Shown: one piece after another, positions 1-8,351 of the stretch
Layout: each line of letters starts with the position of its first letter
How positions within the stretch are numbered: the stretch's first letter is position 1
Assembly (NCBI RefSeq): GCF_000015225.1
Contig: NC_008698.1
Span: 1,050,001 to 1,082,000, forward strand
Source: Thermofilum pendens Hrk 5
GTDB lineage: Archaea > Thermoproteota > Thermoprotei > Thermofilales > Thermofilaceae
DNA: 32,000 nucleotides
Reading direction: 5' to 3'
Program-made: the position numbers and the translations under genes
The notes under the pieces: model-generated
What the model saw: the letters and a program-made list of their open reading frames with translations, nothing else
Database searches by the model: none
What the model was told of the DNA's origin: nothing

Positions 1-302
1 CTTATCGAGACGAGAGAGGAGCCCAGGGTGATTATCCTCATGGTACCGGTGGTCTCGTTAACCATGTAGGCTAGAGGTGTACCGTGCTCGTCGACTACGA
101 CGACGCCGTACTCGGGGAGGGGGGTTCCGACGAGCTGTATGTCTAGCAGGGAGGCGTTACCAACGCTCACGGAGTAGTCTACTTTCGCGACGCCAGTAGG
201 GAGAATCGTGATCGCCACGGAGTTAACCGGGACGCTACCCGCGGGGAGAATAACGCAGACAGTGATCAACGCGGCGAGCATAACCAACGATCTGCTCCTC
301 AT
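1..302 (-). CDS. Partial CDS (N-terminal part; the gene continues beyond the window start): predicted secreted or membrane-anchored protein, function unknown
   Basis: Minus-strand ORF open to the window edge, with ATG at 300-302 (cat on + strand). Translation is MRSRSLVMLAALITVCVILPAGSVPVNS..., a basic n-region plus hydrophobic core typical of a signal peptide. NAS and NET sequons are present. A TATA-like aatatat lies about 30 nt upstream (about 332-338). Absent from the supplied ORF track because it is truncated. Confidence 0.45.
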   Translation of the reverse strand, partial: MRSRSLVMLAALITVCVILPAGSVPVNSVAITILPTGVAKVDYSVSVGNASLLDIQLVGTPLPEYGVVVVDEHGTPLAYMVNETTGTMRIITLGSSLVSI

Positions 303-380
303 AGGGGTCTTGGTTGTTGAAAGATTTTTCGATATATTAGCTTTGCCGACGCGCAAAGGCGGTAAACGGCTTACCACGCG

Positions 381-1397
381 CTAAGAGGTGCCGCACACCC
401 TCCCGCGCGCGGCGTAGCCGTTGGCCTTCAGCTTTTCGACGCCCCTTCTGAAAGCTTCTCTGAGCTCGCCCGCCCTCTCCTCGGGGAGACCGTCGTACGT
501 GAACACCCAGCCTCCCCACTCTATCCCTGCAGGGTACTTCAGCTTGTCGGCAGACCTGTGAACCGGGTAGAACTCTACGTGGAGGTGTAGGGAGCCCTCA
601 TCCCTACAGGGGGACTGGTGGAAGACCATGATGTAGGGCAGGCTGAAGCCGAAGAGAGAGTTGTACGCGGCAACAGTCACGCGTAGAGCGTCCGCCAGGG
701 AGACCCTCTCGTCGCTACTCAGCGTGTTTAGGCTTCCAACGTGCCTCTTCGGGTACACGTGAAGCTCGTAAGGCCACATCGCGAAGAACGGTAAGAAGAC
801 CAGGAAATGCTCGTTCTCGTAGACGGTCCTCGCGCCTTCCTCTGCTTCGAGCTCCAGCACGTGGCAGAACAGGCACCCGCCCCTCTTCTCCCTGAACTCC
901 CGGGCCATCGCCATCTCCCGGCTTACCCTCGGGGGTACGAAGGGGAGAACGTAGACCTGGCTGTGGGGGTGTGTCAGGGAGACGCCTATGACCTCCCCCT
1001 TGTTCCTGAAAGGTAGCACGTACGCCACTCTTTCGTCCCGGCACTCCTCCTCCGTTACCCTGCCGAGAGACTCCAAGTACTTGACGAGGTTCTCAAAGGG
1101 TATCGAGTCGAGGTCTCCCTCGTGCTCCGGCGTCTCTACGACGACCTTCGCGGCTCCGTAAGCCTCCCTAACGACGTACAAGTCCCTGGAACTCCTGGAG
1201 ACGCGGGCATCGCGTCGCAACGCTGGGAATTTGTTGTCGAGCACCAGTACGTCCCAGCCGTACCCCGTCTCCTCGCTCCCAGGGCAGAACGGGCACTTCT
1301 CGACGCGCCTCCACGGACGCCTAGCCCTCGAGCTCGAGACTATGACCCAGCAACCCAGTACGGGGTTCCACCTTAACTCGTTGTAACTGTCCTCCAC
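381..1397 (-). CDS. galT: Galactose-1-phosphate uridylyltransferase (GalT, HIT superfamily)
   Basis: 338 aa. N-terminal zinc-type CPFCPG motif, active-site HPHSQVY (HxHxQ) motif, and conserved FENKG-like RNKGEVIG segment. GTG start at 1395-1397 with an AT-rich box about 25 nt upstream. Confidence 0.9.
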   Translation of the reverse strand: MEDSYNELRWNPVLGCWVIVSSSRARRPWRRVEKCPFCPGSEETGYGWDVLVLDNKFPALRRDARVSRSSRDLYVVREAYGAAKVVVETPEHEGDLDSIPFENLVKYLESLGRVTEEECRDERVAYVLPFRNKGEVIGVSLTHPHSQVYVLPFVPPRVSREMAMAREFREKRGGCLFCHVLELEAEEGARTVYENEHFLVFLPFFAMWPYELHVYPKRHVGSLNTLSSDERVSLADALRVTVAAYNSLFGFSLPYIMVFHQSPCRDEGSLHLHVEFYPVHRSADKLKYPAGIEWGGWVFTYDGLPEERAGELREAFRRGVEKLKANGYAARGRVCGTS

Positions 1398-1443
1398 GCG
1401 CTAGACCAGGTCGCAAAAAAACAAATAGTTTTACGCGGGGGCT

Positions 1444-1761
1444 TTAGAGGAGCGTCGGCAGGAAGAGGCCGAACAGCGCGTTGATTAGGTATACGAGCAC
1501 GGCGAGAACCGCTGCTCCGAGCCACCCTACCCCCTGGATCTTTCGCAGGGCGTAGAGCCATACGAGTATCGCTAACAGCGTCCCAAACGGTATGTGAAGT
1601 ACTTTGAAGACCCAGAAGATGAGCGCTCCGATGAGCGCTGTTAGGAAGGCGCCAGGGATGGACTCTGCCTTCTGCTTTCCCGGGAAGAGCTTCAGCGCAA
1701 GCCACACGGCGATGCCCGAGACGATCCAGCCTACCAGGAAGTTCACTATGCCGATCTGCAT
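1444..1761 (-). CDS. Small integral membrane protein with 4 predicted TM helices (resembles the 4-TMS holin-family-4/DUF-type membrane proteins)
   Basis: 105 aa, almost entirely four hydrophobic segments (IVNFLVGWIVSGIAVWLALKLF, IPGAFLTALIGALIFWVF, FGTLLAILVWLYAL, VGWLGAAVLAVLVYLINALFGLFL). The family assignment is by resemblance only. Confidence 0.6.
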   Translation of the reverse strand: MQIGIVNFLVGWIVSGIAVWLALKLFPGKQKAESIPGAFLTALIGALIFWVFKVLHIPFGTLLAILVWLYALRKIQGVGWLGAAVLAVLVYLINALFGLFLPTLL

Positions 1762-1813
1762 GCAAAAATATCTTCGCAGAAGGACTTTTATACATTACGG
1801 GGGATATCCGCTC

Positions 1814-2962
1814 GTGGCGGGAGGGAGGTTCACTGCATCGGCTCCGGGTAGGGTGGATTTCCTGAACACGCACCAGGACTACAAGGGGCTCCCGGTCGTA
1901 CCCGTAGCTATAAACCTGCGTACGTACGTGGATGTTCTGGGAAGGAGCGAGCTGTTCGAGGTTAAAAGCGAGGCTCTGTGCGCGGAGGGCTTAGAGTGCG
2001 TAGACAGGTTTCCGCCCACCAATCCTCCTCTGGTCGAGGGGAGGTGGTGGGGGAACTACCTGCGCGCCGTTGTGAGGGCTGTCGAGGAGTACCTCGGGAA
2101 GCCCCTCCCGGAGGGCTTCAGGGCTGTCGTGAGGAGCGAGGTGCCCGTGGGTAGCGGTTTGTCGAGTAGCGCTGCGCTCGAAGTCTCGTTTCTAAAGGCT
2201 ATCGACTACTACTTCAACCTCGGGCTCGGGAAAAAGGAGCTAGCGGAGCTGGCATTCCAGGCTGAGAACAGGATTGCGGGTATACCTTGCGGCAGGCTAG
2301 ACCAGTACGCGTCCGCGTACGGCGGCGTGATACTCCTCAAGCCCAGACCCCCGGTTGAAGTCGAGGAGCTAGAGCCGGGTAGCCTCAGGTTCGTAGTCGT
2401 AGACTCCGGTATACGCCACAGCGTGGCAGACATCCACCCGAAGAGGCAGGAAGAGATAAACCGGGGGCTGAGAGCGCTCATGGAGGACCCCTCCGTTCCT
2501 CCTGGCCTTAAGAGGCTACTCGGGTACCGTTACGACGAGCCCAGGTGGGAGGAGCTATCCCTGGAGGATCTCCAGCCGTACCTAGACAGGCTGGACGAGG
2601 CTTCGAGAAAGAGGATACTGTTCACGTTGCTAATGCAGGCATCCACCTCGAGGGCTGTCGGGATTCTAAGGAGGAAAGGCTGGAAGCCGCGGGAACTGGC
2701 CCCCGAGGTGAACTACCAGCACGAGCTCCTGAGAGACCTCTACGAGGTTAGCCTCCCGGAGCTCGAGAGGATACGTGACGCGATGCTCCGCTCGGGTGCC
2801 CTAGCAGCCAAGATAAGCGGGGCCGGGATGGGCGGAAGCCTTCTAGCCTTAACCGAGGGCGGAGAAGAGGAGGTCGTGGGCTCGGCGCTAAGGGAGGGCG
2901 GCAAAAAAGCTTGGATTCTCGTACCGGACGAGGGCGCTCGGATCGACCGCGTAGACGGCTAG
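1814..2962 (+). CDS. galK: Galactokinase (GHMP kinase family)
   Basis: Galactokinase signature APGRVDFLNTHQDY (compare GRVNLIGEHTDY). GHMP ATP-binding motif PVGSGLSSSAALEV. C-terminal GAGMGGS motif. The supplied ORF starts at 1604 but would overlap the minus-strand membrane gene. I prefer the GTG at 1814 because a TATA-like TTTTATACA sits at 1786-1794. The in-frame ATG at 1760 is an alternative. Confidence 0.9.
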   Translation: MAGGRFTASAPGRVDFLNTHQDYKGLPVVPVAINLRTYVDVLGRSELFEVKSEALCAEGLECVDRFPPTNPPLVEGRWWGNYLRAVVRAVEEYLGKPLPEGFRAVVRSEVPVGSGLSSSAALEVSFLKAIDYYFNLGLGKKELAELAFQAENRIAGIPCGRLDQYASAYGGVILLKPRPPVEVEELEPGSLRFVVVDSGIRHSVADIHPKRQEEINRGLRALMEDPSVPPGLKRLLGYRYDEPRWEELSLEDLQPYLDRLDEASRKRILFTLLMQASTSRAVGILRRKGWKPRELAPEVNYQHELLRDLYEVSLPELERIRDAMLRSGALAAKISGAGMGGSLLALTEGGEEEVVGSALREGGKKAWILVPDEGARIDRVDG

Positions 2963-3681
2963 CCTTGCAGCTTCCCGGGAGCCTGCTCCCCGGATCCTCC
3001 TCCCAGTGCTTTGCCTAGATCCTCCCGTAGCTTTTCCCTAAGCTTCTTCAGCTCCTCCAGCCTTGTAAGCGCCTCCTCGAGTACGGGCTTCGAGGCCTCG
3101 ATGCCTTTATGCACGAAGAAGGCTACAGCCTCGCTCCTACTCTTGAATATCCCGGCCTCGACTAGCGCGTCTATTACTTCCACGTCTCTCTCCGATAGCC
3201 TTATCGACGACACGACGAGGGACGGTCCCGGCACGCCTTTCTCCAAGGCTTCCTTCAGCTTCGCCAGAGACTCTTCGAGGGCGCTCGTAGCCTGGCGTAT
3301 ACTCATCTCCACCACTTTCTCGAAACTCTCAAAGGGGCGCCTGTACTCCCTGACAGCCTCCCTTGCATCGCTCAGCGCCTCGGAGAAGTAATCCAGCATG
3401 TCGTCCCACTTATCGAAGAACTTCTCTACCTCCTCCTCCAATTCTTCTACCACGTCCTCGTCCAGCTCGAGGCGCGTCTTCGAGAGCAGCCCTTTGAGCT
3501 CCACTTTCGCGGCGAGAAGCCTCTTCCTCAGTGCCCGTAGCTCTTCCTTCAACTGTTCGAACTCCTGGAGGCTCGGTGACTCCTTGCTTACAAGCTTTTT
3601 GAGCTCCTCCTCAAGTCTACCCAGCTCGCCCCTGAGCTCCTCCTCTATCTCCTTTAACCTCCTCTTTACAGTCTCCGCCAT
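2959..3681 (-). CDS. Coiled-coil protein with C-terminal ribbon-helix-helix (CopG/Arc-type) DNA-binding domain
   Basis: Preferred start is M36 of the supplied ORF (cat at 3679-3681), with a TATA box at 3706-3713 about 25 nt upstream. The N-terminal ~150 aa are heptad-like and E/K/L-rich (KRRLKEIEEELRGELGRLEEELKKL...). The C-terminal LSERDVEVIDALVEAGIFKSRSEAVAFFVHKGIE is a typical RHH beta-strand/helix/helix pattern. Confidence 0.7.
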   Translation of the reverse strand: MAETVKRRLKEIEEELRGELGRLEEELKKLVSKESPSLQEFEQLKEELRALRKRLLAAKVELKGLLSKTRLELDEDVVEELEEEVEKFFDKWDDMLDYFSEALSDAREAVREYRRPFESFEKVVEMSIRQATSALEESLAKLKEALEKGVPGPSLVVSSIRLSERDVEVIDALVEAGIFKSRSEAVAFFVHKGIEASKPVLEEALTRLEELKKLREKLREDLGKALGGGSGEQAPGKLQG

Positions 3682-3705
3682 CAGTATGTAACTTACAACC
3701 ATACA

Positions 3706-3713
3706 TTTTAAAG
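3706..3713. promoter_or_regulatory. Single near-symmetric TATA element (TTTTAAAG) shared by the divergent genes at 3681(-) and 3744(+)
   Basis: It is the only AT-rich box in the 62-nt divergent spacer, 25 nt from the minus-strand ATG and 31 nt from the plus-strand GTG. Confidence 0.45.
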
Positions 3714-3743
3714 TTTTCTTCGTGCAGGGGACGCTACGTTTTT

Positions 3744-4127
3744 GTGGCGTACAACAATGATGTTTTCGTGGCGGCGGGGCAACCATTGATAGACGCGTAC
3801 AAGTTTGGGCGCCTCGTTGTAGGCGGCAGGGCCTATGAGAGGGATGTCATCATAACTCCCTCGGGCGTAGTGCCTAACTGGTGGAGACTCGAGGGTCATA
3901 GGCTCCAGCTGGAAGACGTGAAAAAGTATCTTGGTCTCGATGTCGACGCGGTAGTGGTAGGCACGGGGTACCACGGCTTTATGCGCGTGGACAGTGAGGT
4001 CGTCGAGAGTTTTAGGAGGATGGGTAGAGAGGTCTACGTGCTCGAGACTGGTAGGGCTGTCGAGAAGTACAACGAGCTTGTAGCTAGGGGTAGGAGGGTT
4101 CTCGCGATGTTGCATTTAACGTGTTAG
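3744..4127 (+). CDS. Mth938-like domain protein (DUF498 / NDUFAF3-like fold), function unknown
   Basis: 127 aa. Segments YKFGRLVVGGRAYERDVIITPSG...WWRLEGHRL...VVVGTGYHGFMRV and the characteristic C-terminal LAMLHLTC. GTG start at 3744; an alternative GTG lies at 3768. Confidence 0.75.
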   Translation: MAYNNDVFVAAGQPLIDAYKFGRLVVGGRAYERDVIITPSGVVPNWWRLEGHRLQLEDVKKYLGLDVDAVVVGTGYHGFMRVDSEVVESFRRMGREVYVLETGRAVEKYNELVARGRRVLAMLHLTC

Positions 4128-4136
4128 CGCAGAGCT

Positions 4137-6164
4137 CTACTCGAAGCAACCGTAGCTACCGGCTAGGTCGAGGTACCCGCACCGAGTCAGCTGGGCGCAA
4201 ACGGCGTAGTTCTTCTTTCCCGTCGTTCTTTTAAGTAGCGAGGCTGCGTCGAAGAGCATGCCGGCGTACTCGCACCCCTCCCTGACCAGGAGCTTTACTA
4301 AGCCTTCGAGCTCGCTCAAGGCCTTCTCCCTCTCACCCTTCTTCAGCCACGCCTCGGAGAGCGACAGCTTCACTGAGAAGAAGAGCGCGTCCGCTCTCCC
4401 GCTCTCCTCGTACATGGCGAGCACTCTAGCCAGGGCGCTTTCCGCCTCGCCGTACCTCTCCAGTTGTAGCAGGGCAAACCCCCGCAAAGCCAGGGACCTA
4501 GCGGTCTCCGGTAACCCGAGCTCCTCCCTCCTCTTCAAGGTGTACAGGCAGAGCTCCGGCAACCCCCTTCCAAGCCTTACCTCCGCGAGCTCTTCGAGCA
4601 CGGAGCCCAGGAGGACCCTGTACTCCTCGCCGTGGGGGGCGAGCCTTTCCAGGATGCTTGCCGAGAGGTGGGCGAGCTCCTCCGAGACTGCGAGCGCACC
4701 GCTAGACCTCGCATACCTCTCCAGGACTCCCAGCCTGTGGAGCGTCGAGCCCCTCAGGAACCCCGAGACTGTGCCGGGCCTCAGTATGGCCACGGCCTCT
4801 AGTGCTTGGAGTGAGGCCTCTTCAGTCAAGCTGTTCAGCGAGGTGTACGCTAGGACTCTGCCCGCGCCAGGGACGCCTGACACGAGGATCCATGAAGCCA
4901 CGAATGGTTGCTCAGAGGAGTATGCCAGCTCAGCCACGCCAGCCGGGGCTGCGGGGATCCCTCTAAACGCTAGCTGGAGCGGCGTAGACCTGAAGGAGTA
5001 AAGCCCCAGGTGCGGCACCCTTAAAAGCAACCTGTCCGCGTACTCCTTGTACTCCTCCGCGGCGCTCCCCAGCACCCCAGCCGGGAAGCTCCTCGTCCTG
5101 AACGAGGCAGGGATGGACAGGGCTTCCCGGAAGCCCGGGGGCACAGCCTCCCTCACCCTCTCGTAGACTGATTGTCCGCCGGGCCCCAGGTCGCAGGGCT
5201 TCCCGGCTTGCCGGCAGAGCGCGAGGTAAAGCGACGCGGCGTCTACGCAGGAGGGGTTCCCGGGGCACTTCTCGGCGATCTCGCGGGCGAGTTTCCCGCC
5301 TCCAAGCCCCTCCCAGGCGAGCCTAGCCTCCGCTATCTCCAGTAGCTCTTTCTCCGAGTACACCCCGTCCAGAACCACCGGGGCCGGCGGATCCCCGCTC
5401 CAGCCCGAGGGGGCAAACACTATCTCGCTGGACACAGTGAACACGGCTTTCTTACCGGAGAGGAGCGAAGCGTGAGCCGGGTCGCCGTAGTAGAGGGAGT
5501 ACCCTTCTTCGAGTAGCCTGGAGGCGAGCAGGTAGGCTAGCGAGTGCCTACCGGACCCCGCCTTGCCCTTGAGCGCCACAGCCCGCCCTTCTTCAAGTAG
5601 CCCGATTGACCTCGAAATTGCGGAGGAGGAGCCCTCCCCGGATACCAGCTCGGAGAGTAGCGGCCAAAGCTCGTCCAGAACCCACGGCAGGCTCTCCGTA
5701 TCCACCTGTAGGAGGCTCGGCCTCGCTGGTACGTCCAGCTCTACGACGTTGAAGCTAATCCTGTCCCTTATCTCCCGCAGGATACTCCTAGCGGTATCCG
5801 AGCCGGCGCCGAGCACCGACTCCAGCTCGTCGAGGGAGGCTAACAGCCAGTCAACGGTGTCCAGCGTTAAAAGCGAGACATCTACGCCCCCCAAGAAAGC
5901 CTCGAGCAAAGACACTACATACCTGTGGAGCACGCGCCTCTCGCCCTCTGGGGCTCCCTGTAGCCCGTGCCCAGCCACCCGTACTTTCTCCGCGGCGTCT
6001 TCGAGTACCTGAAGGCTTACCTCGCCCAGCGAGGCAGCGAGAACGCTCTCGACGTCCTCCCAGTGCTTCTTCCCGCAGTCGAGGAGTATCTGCGCGAGGC
6101 GCACAAAGTCTCCTCCGGGCGGCGCCTTCCTTGCTTCTGCGGCTACGCAGGCGTAGTAGGACAT
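4137..6164 (-). CDS. Large hypothetical protein: central degenerate P-loop NTPase-like domain plus C-terminal TPR-like helical repeats (STAND-like architecture)
   Basis: 675 aa. A Walker-A-like ALKGKAGSGRHSLAYLLA (nt about 5541-5567) has Arg-His where GK[ST] is expected. Walker-B-like PVVLDG lies about 60 aa downstream. The C-terminal 150 aa show TPR-like repeats (LALRGFALLQLERYGEAESALARVLAMYEESG..., SEAWLKKGEREKALSELEGLVKLL). I recognised no close family. Confidence 0.55.
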   Translation of the reverse strand: MSYYACVAAEARKAPPGGDFVRLAQILLDCGKKHWEDVESVLAASLGEVSLQVLEDAAEKVRVAGHGLQGAPEGERRVLHRYVVSLLEAFLGGVDVSLLTLDTVDWLLASLDELESVLGAGSDTARSILREIRDRISFNVVELDVPARPSLLQVDTESLPWVLDELWPLLSELVSGEGSSSAISRSIGLLEEGRAVALKGKAGSGRHSLAYLLASRLLEEGYSLYYGDPAHASLLSGKKAVFTVSSEIVFAPSGWSGDPPAPVVLDGVYSEKELLEIAEARLAWEGLGGGKLAREIAEKCPGNPSCVDAASLYLALCRQAGKPCDLGPGGQSVYERVREAVPPGFREALSIPASFRTRSFPAGVLGSAAEEYKEYADRLLLRVPHLGLYSFRSTPLQLAFRGIPAAPAGVAELAYSSEQPFVASWILVSGVPGAGRVLAYTSLNSLTEEASLQALEAVAILRPGTVSGFLRGSTLHRLGVLERYARSSGALAVSEELAHLSASILERLAPHGEEYRVLLGSVLEELAEVRLGRGLPELCLYTLKRREELGLPETARSLALRGFALLQLERYGEAESALARVLAMYEESGRADALFFSVKLSLSEAWLKKGEREKALSELEGLVKLLVREGCEYAGMLFDAASLLKRTTGKKNYAVCAQLTRCGYLDLAGSYGCFE

Positions 6165-6271
6165 AGGGCTCGATGCAGGAGTCTCCGCGAGCCCCTAAAA
6201 AACCTGCGCGCGACAAGTGGGAGGAGTCAAAGACTAAAGAGGGGGCTCCCGGCCTTTCAGGGAACCCGTGC

Positions 6272-7315
6272 CTATTGCACAAGGCTAGCCTCGAAGATCT
6301 TTATCTCTGACCCCTCCCACTTTGCCAGCATGACTTTACCGTTCTTTATCCTAACGTATGTCTTGTTATCCACCCCGGTCGAGGAGTTGCTTCGAACCCA
6401 GCTACCCGTATTCAGTATCAACCTGCCGCCCTCGGCAAGGTACTCCGGCACGTGCGTGTGCCCGAACACCACTAGGTCCAGCTTACCCACGGAGGGGAAG
6501 GACTCTAGGAACCCGATCAGCCTCCTCAGAGGCTTGCTTACGGCGAGCGACTGGAGGGACTTCCCGCGTAGCCTGCTCTTGAGTAGCCTCGAAGCTAGTG
6601 GTTGCACGAAGCCGTACCAGATCTTGTCCTGGGCCTTCCTCCACAGCAGTATCACCATCGGCGAGAGCAGTATCAAGGCGGACAGGGCGATCGCAGCCTC
6701 CATGAGCAGGGACGTTGCCTGTATGAGCACCATGAGTAGAAGCACCGTGGTAGCAGCTACCGCCGCGAAGACCCATTCGAGAGGCCCGGGAAGGGACATC
6801 AGGGACTCGGAGAATATGTAGACGTACGATTGAAGCTTCCAGAGCCCCTTCACGGCAAGGAACAGCCCGTCGAGCTGGTGCCCGTGGAACAGCAGAACTT
6901 TCTTCCCGTCGATGTCGAGCAGTACGATCTCCGGCGCTATCACGAAGCCACCCCCGCCCCTAAGGCTCTCCAAGTGGAGCCTCGTAGTCACCCTGTCGTG
7001 GTTACCGGGGACGAAGACGATCGTCGAGTCCAGCCTGGATAGAAGCCTAAGCGAGTCGAAAGCATCAGAGAAAACATCCCTGAGGCTGGCGCTCCACAGC
7101 TCGAATATATCTCCCAGCAGTACCACCAGCCTGGGATGCTCGCCTCCCTCCAGGACGGATTCCAGGAACTCCGCCAGCTCCTCGTGGAGCGAGAGCTCCC
7201 TGCCGTTAAACCTAAGGCCGAAGTGGACGTCTGAGAACACGAGAACCTCCTCGTCTCTCGTAAGGTGGAACACTGGCACCTTCAAGCCCTCTACGTCCAA
7301 CTCCTCGCTCCACAT
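6272..7315 (-). CDS. Calcineurin-like metallophosphoesterase (LpxH/YbbF-like) with an inserted pair of transmembrane helices
   Basis: 347 aa. The ordered metallophosphoesterase motifs are all present: FSDVHFG (DxH), LLGDIFELW (GD), VPGNHD (GNHD), FHGH, and FGHTHVP (GHTH). Between FHGH and GHTH lie two hydrophobic helices (WVFAAVAATTVLLLMVLIQA and LLMEAAIALSALILLSPMVILLW, nt about 6641-6778). Confidence 0.8.
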   Translation of the reverse strand: MWSEELDVEGLKVPVFHLTRDEEVLVFSDVHFGLRFNGRELSLHEELAEFLESVLEGGEHPRLVVLLGDIFELWSASLRDVFSDAFDSLRLLSRLDSTIVFVPGNHDRVTTRLHLESLRGGGGFVIAPEIVLLDIDGKKVLLFHGHQLDGLFLAVKGLWKLQSYVYIFSESLMSLPGPLEWVFAAVAATTVLLLMVLIQATSLLMEAAIALSALILLSPMVILLWRKAQDKIWYGFVQPLASRLLKSRLRGKSLQSLAVSKPLRRLIGFLESFPSVGKLDLVVFGHTHVPEYLAEGGRLILNTGSWVRSNSSTGVDNKTYVRIKNGKVMLAKWEGSEIKIFEASLVQ

Positions 7316-7421
7316 CGCAGTGCACGCTTCGCGAGCGTCTAAAAAACCTAACTAAACTAATTACGAAAAGTCTTAAAGGCGTCCGGAGCTTTGAGTCCTG
7401 CTGGCTCTAGGAGGAGGATCC

Positions 7422-8249
7422 ATGAGGGAACGCGTCGCGCTACTAACCTTCCTCGCCGTGCTGGGGATCACGGTTGCTAAGCTCGCCGTCTACGCTCTCA
7501 CATCGAGCATGGCAGCCTTCACAGAGTTCGTGGACTCTGTTACCGACATAGCTACCTCTGCGCTAGCCCTGCTGTCCGTTAGGCTGAGCAGAAAGCCGCC
7601 GGACGAGGACCACCACTACGGGCACGGGAAAGCTGAGGCGCTGGCAGGCTACACTATAGGGCTCTTCGCGGGTACGTCTCTGGCCTACGTAGTCGCGGAG
7701 CTCGTGAAGAGGGTCCTGGAGGGCTATATCGTGAGAAGCGACCCCCTAGCCGTCCAGATCGCCGCGGCGATAGTGGCCGTGGACTCGGGGCTGGCCGGCG
7801 TGAACTACCTCGGGTACAGGGCGAGCAAAAGCGTAGCCCTGAGGGCGAACGCTGTTAACTACATGGGTGACTCCCTGAGAGCTCTGGGAGTCCTCACCGC
7901 GATAACCACTGCGTGGCTGGATCCCTTTGTGACTGCCGTCCTTGCCTCTATACTCGCCGTAGAGGTTTTCCACCTACTTCGGGAGAGCACGTCGATCCTC
8001 ATGGATGAGGCCTCCGAGGAGCTCACGAGGCGGATAGCCGAGTCCTTGAGGGGTGTCGAGGAAGTGGAGGAGGTGAGGAAGATCAGGGTTAGGCACTCGG
8101 GTACGCACTACCAGGTCGACGTCGTCGTGGCGGTTAAAGGCGGGAAAACAATCGAGGAGGCTCACAGGGCGGCAGACGAGGTGGAGAAGAGGGTTAAGGC
8201 GGCGTTGGGTGCCGAAGTAGACGTGCTCGTACACGTGGAGCCCTGCTAG
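7422..8249 (+). CDS. Cation diffusion facilitator (CDF) family metal-ion exporter
   Basis: 275 aa. Six hydrophobic segments, with the conserved TM2 FVDSVTD and loop motif HHYGHGKAEAL, followed by a C-terminal cytoplasmic alpha/beta domain (VRKIRVRHSGTHYQVDVVV...VLVHVEP). SD-like AGGAGGAGG at 7409-7417. Confidence 0.9.
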   Translation: MRERVALLTFLAVLGITVAKLAVYALTSSMAAFTEFVDSVTDIATSALALLSVRLSRKPPDEDHHYGHGKAEALAGYTIGLFAGTSLAYVVAELVKRVLEGYIVRSDPLAVQIAAAIVAVDSGLAGVNYLGYRASKSVALRANAVNYMGDSLRALGVLTAITTAWLDPFVTAVLASILAVEVFHLLRESTSILMDEASEELTRRIAESLRGVEEVEEVRKIRVRHSGTHYQVDVVVAVKGGKTIEEAHRAADEVEKRVKAALGAEVDVLVHVEPC

Positions 8250-8351
8250 GAGCCCGGGACTTTTTCTCGTAGAGAAACGTAGTTTTCTCGGGGTTTTCCG
8301 CGGCATTCCTTATCAAAGACCCCTTTCTACAACTATTCACGGTGAAAGCAG

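Noticed and set aside
337-519. 60-aa minus-strand ORF at the 3' end of galT, together with 715..1044, 807..1016 and 1122..1376
   Set aside because: These are alternative frames inside the well-supported galT gene, with Arg/Gly/Pro-rich translations.
1604-1813. N-terminal 70-codon extension of galK in the supplied ORF (start at 1604)
   Set aside because: The extension overlaps the minus-strand membrane-protein gene and is not galactokinase-like. The TATA-like box at 1786-1794 fits a start at GTG 1814, though ATG 1760 remains possible.
3682-3786. N-terminal 35-codon extension of the RHH/coiled-coil ORF, and likewise 18016..18099 for thioredoxin
   Set aside because: The extensions run through the AT-rich promoter/TATA elements and encode unconserved-looking peptides (MVAPPPRKHHCCTPQKRS..., MVDMCFSFYVYFRSETF...). 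Internal ATGs sit at the correct distance from TATA boxes.
5967-6821. 284-aa plus-strand ORF spanning the gap between the NTPase-like and phosphoesterase genes
   Set aside because: It overlaps both well-supported minus-strand genes and crosses their intergenic spacer. The composition is Arg/Ser/Pro-rich with no motif, so it is probably a chance open frame.
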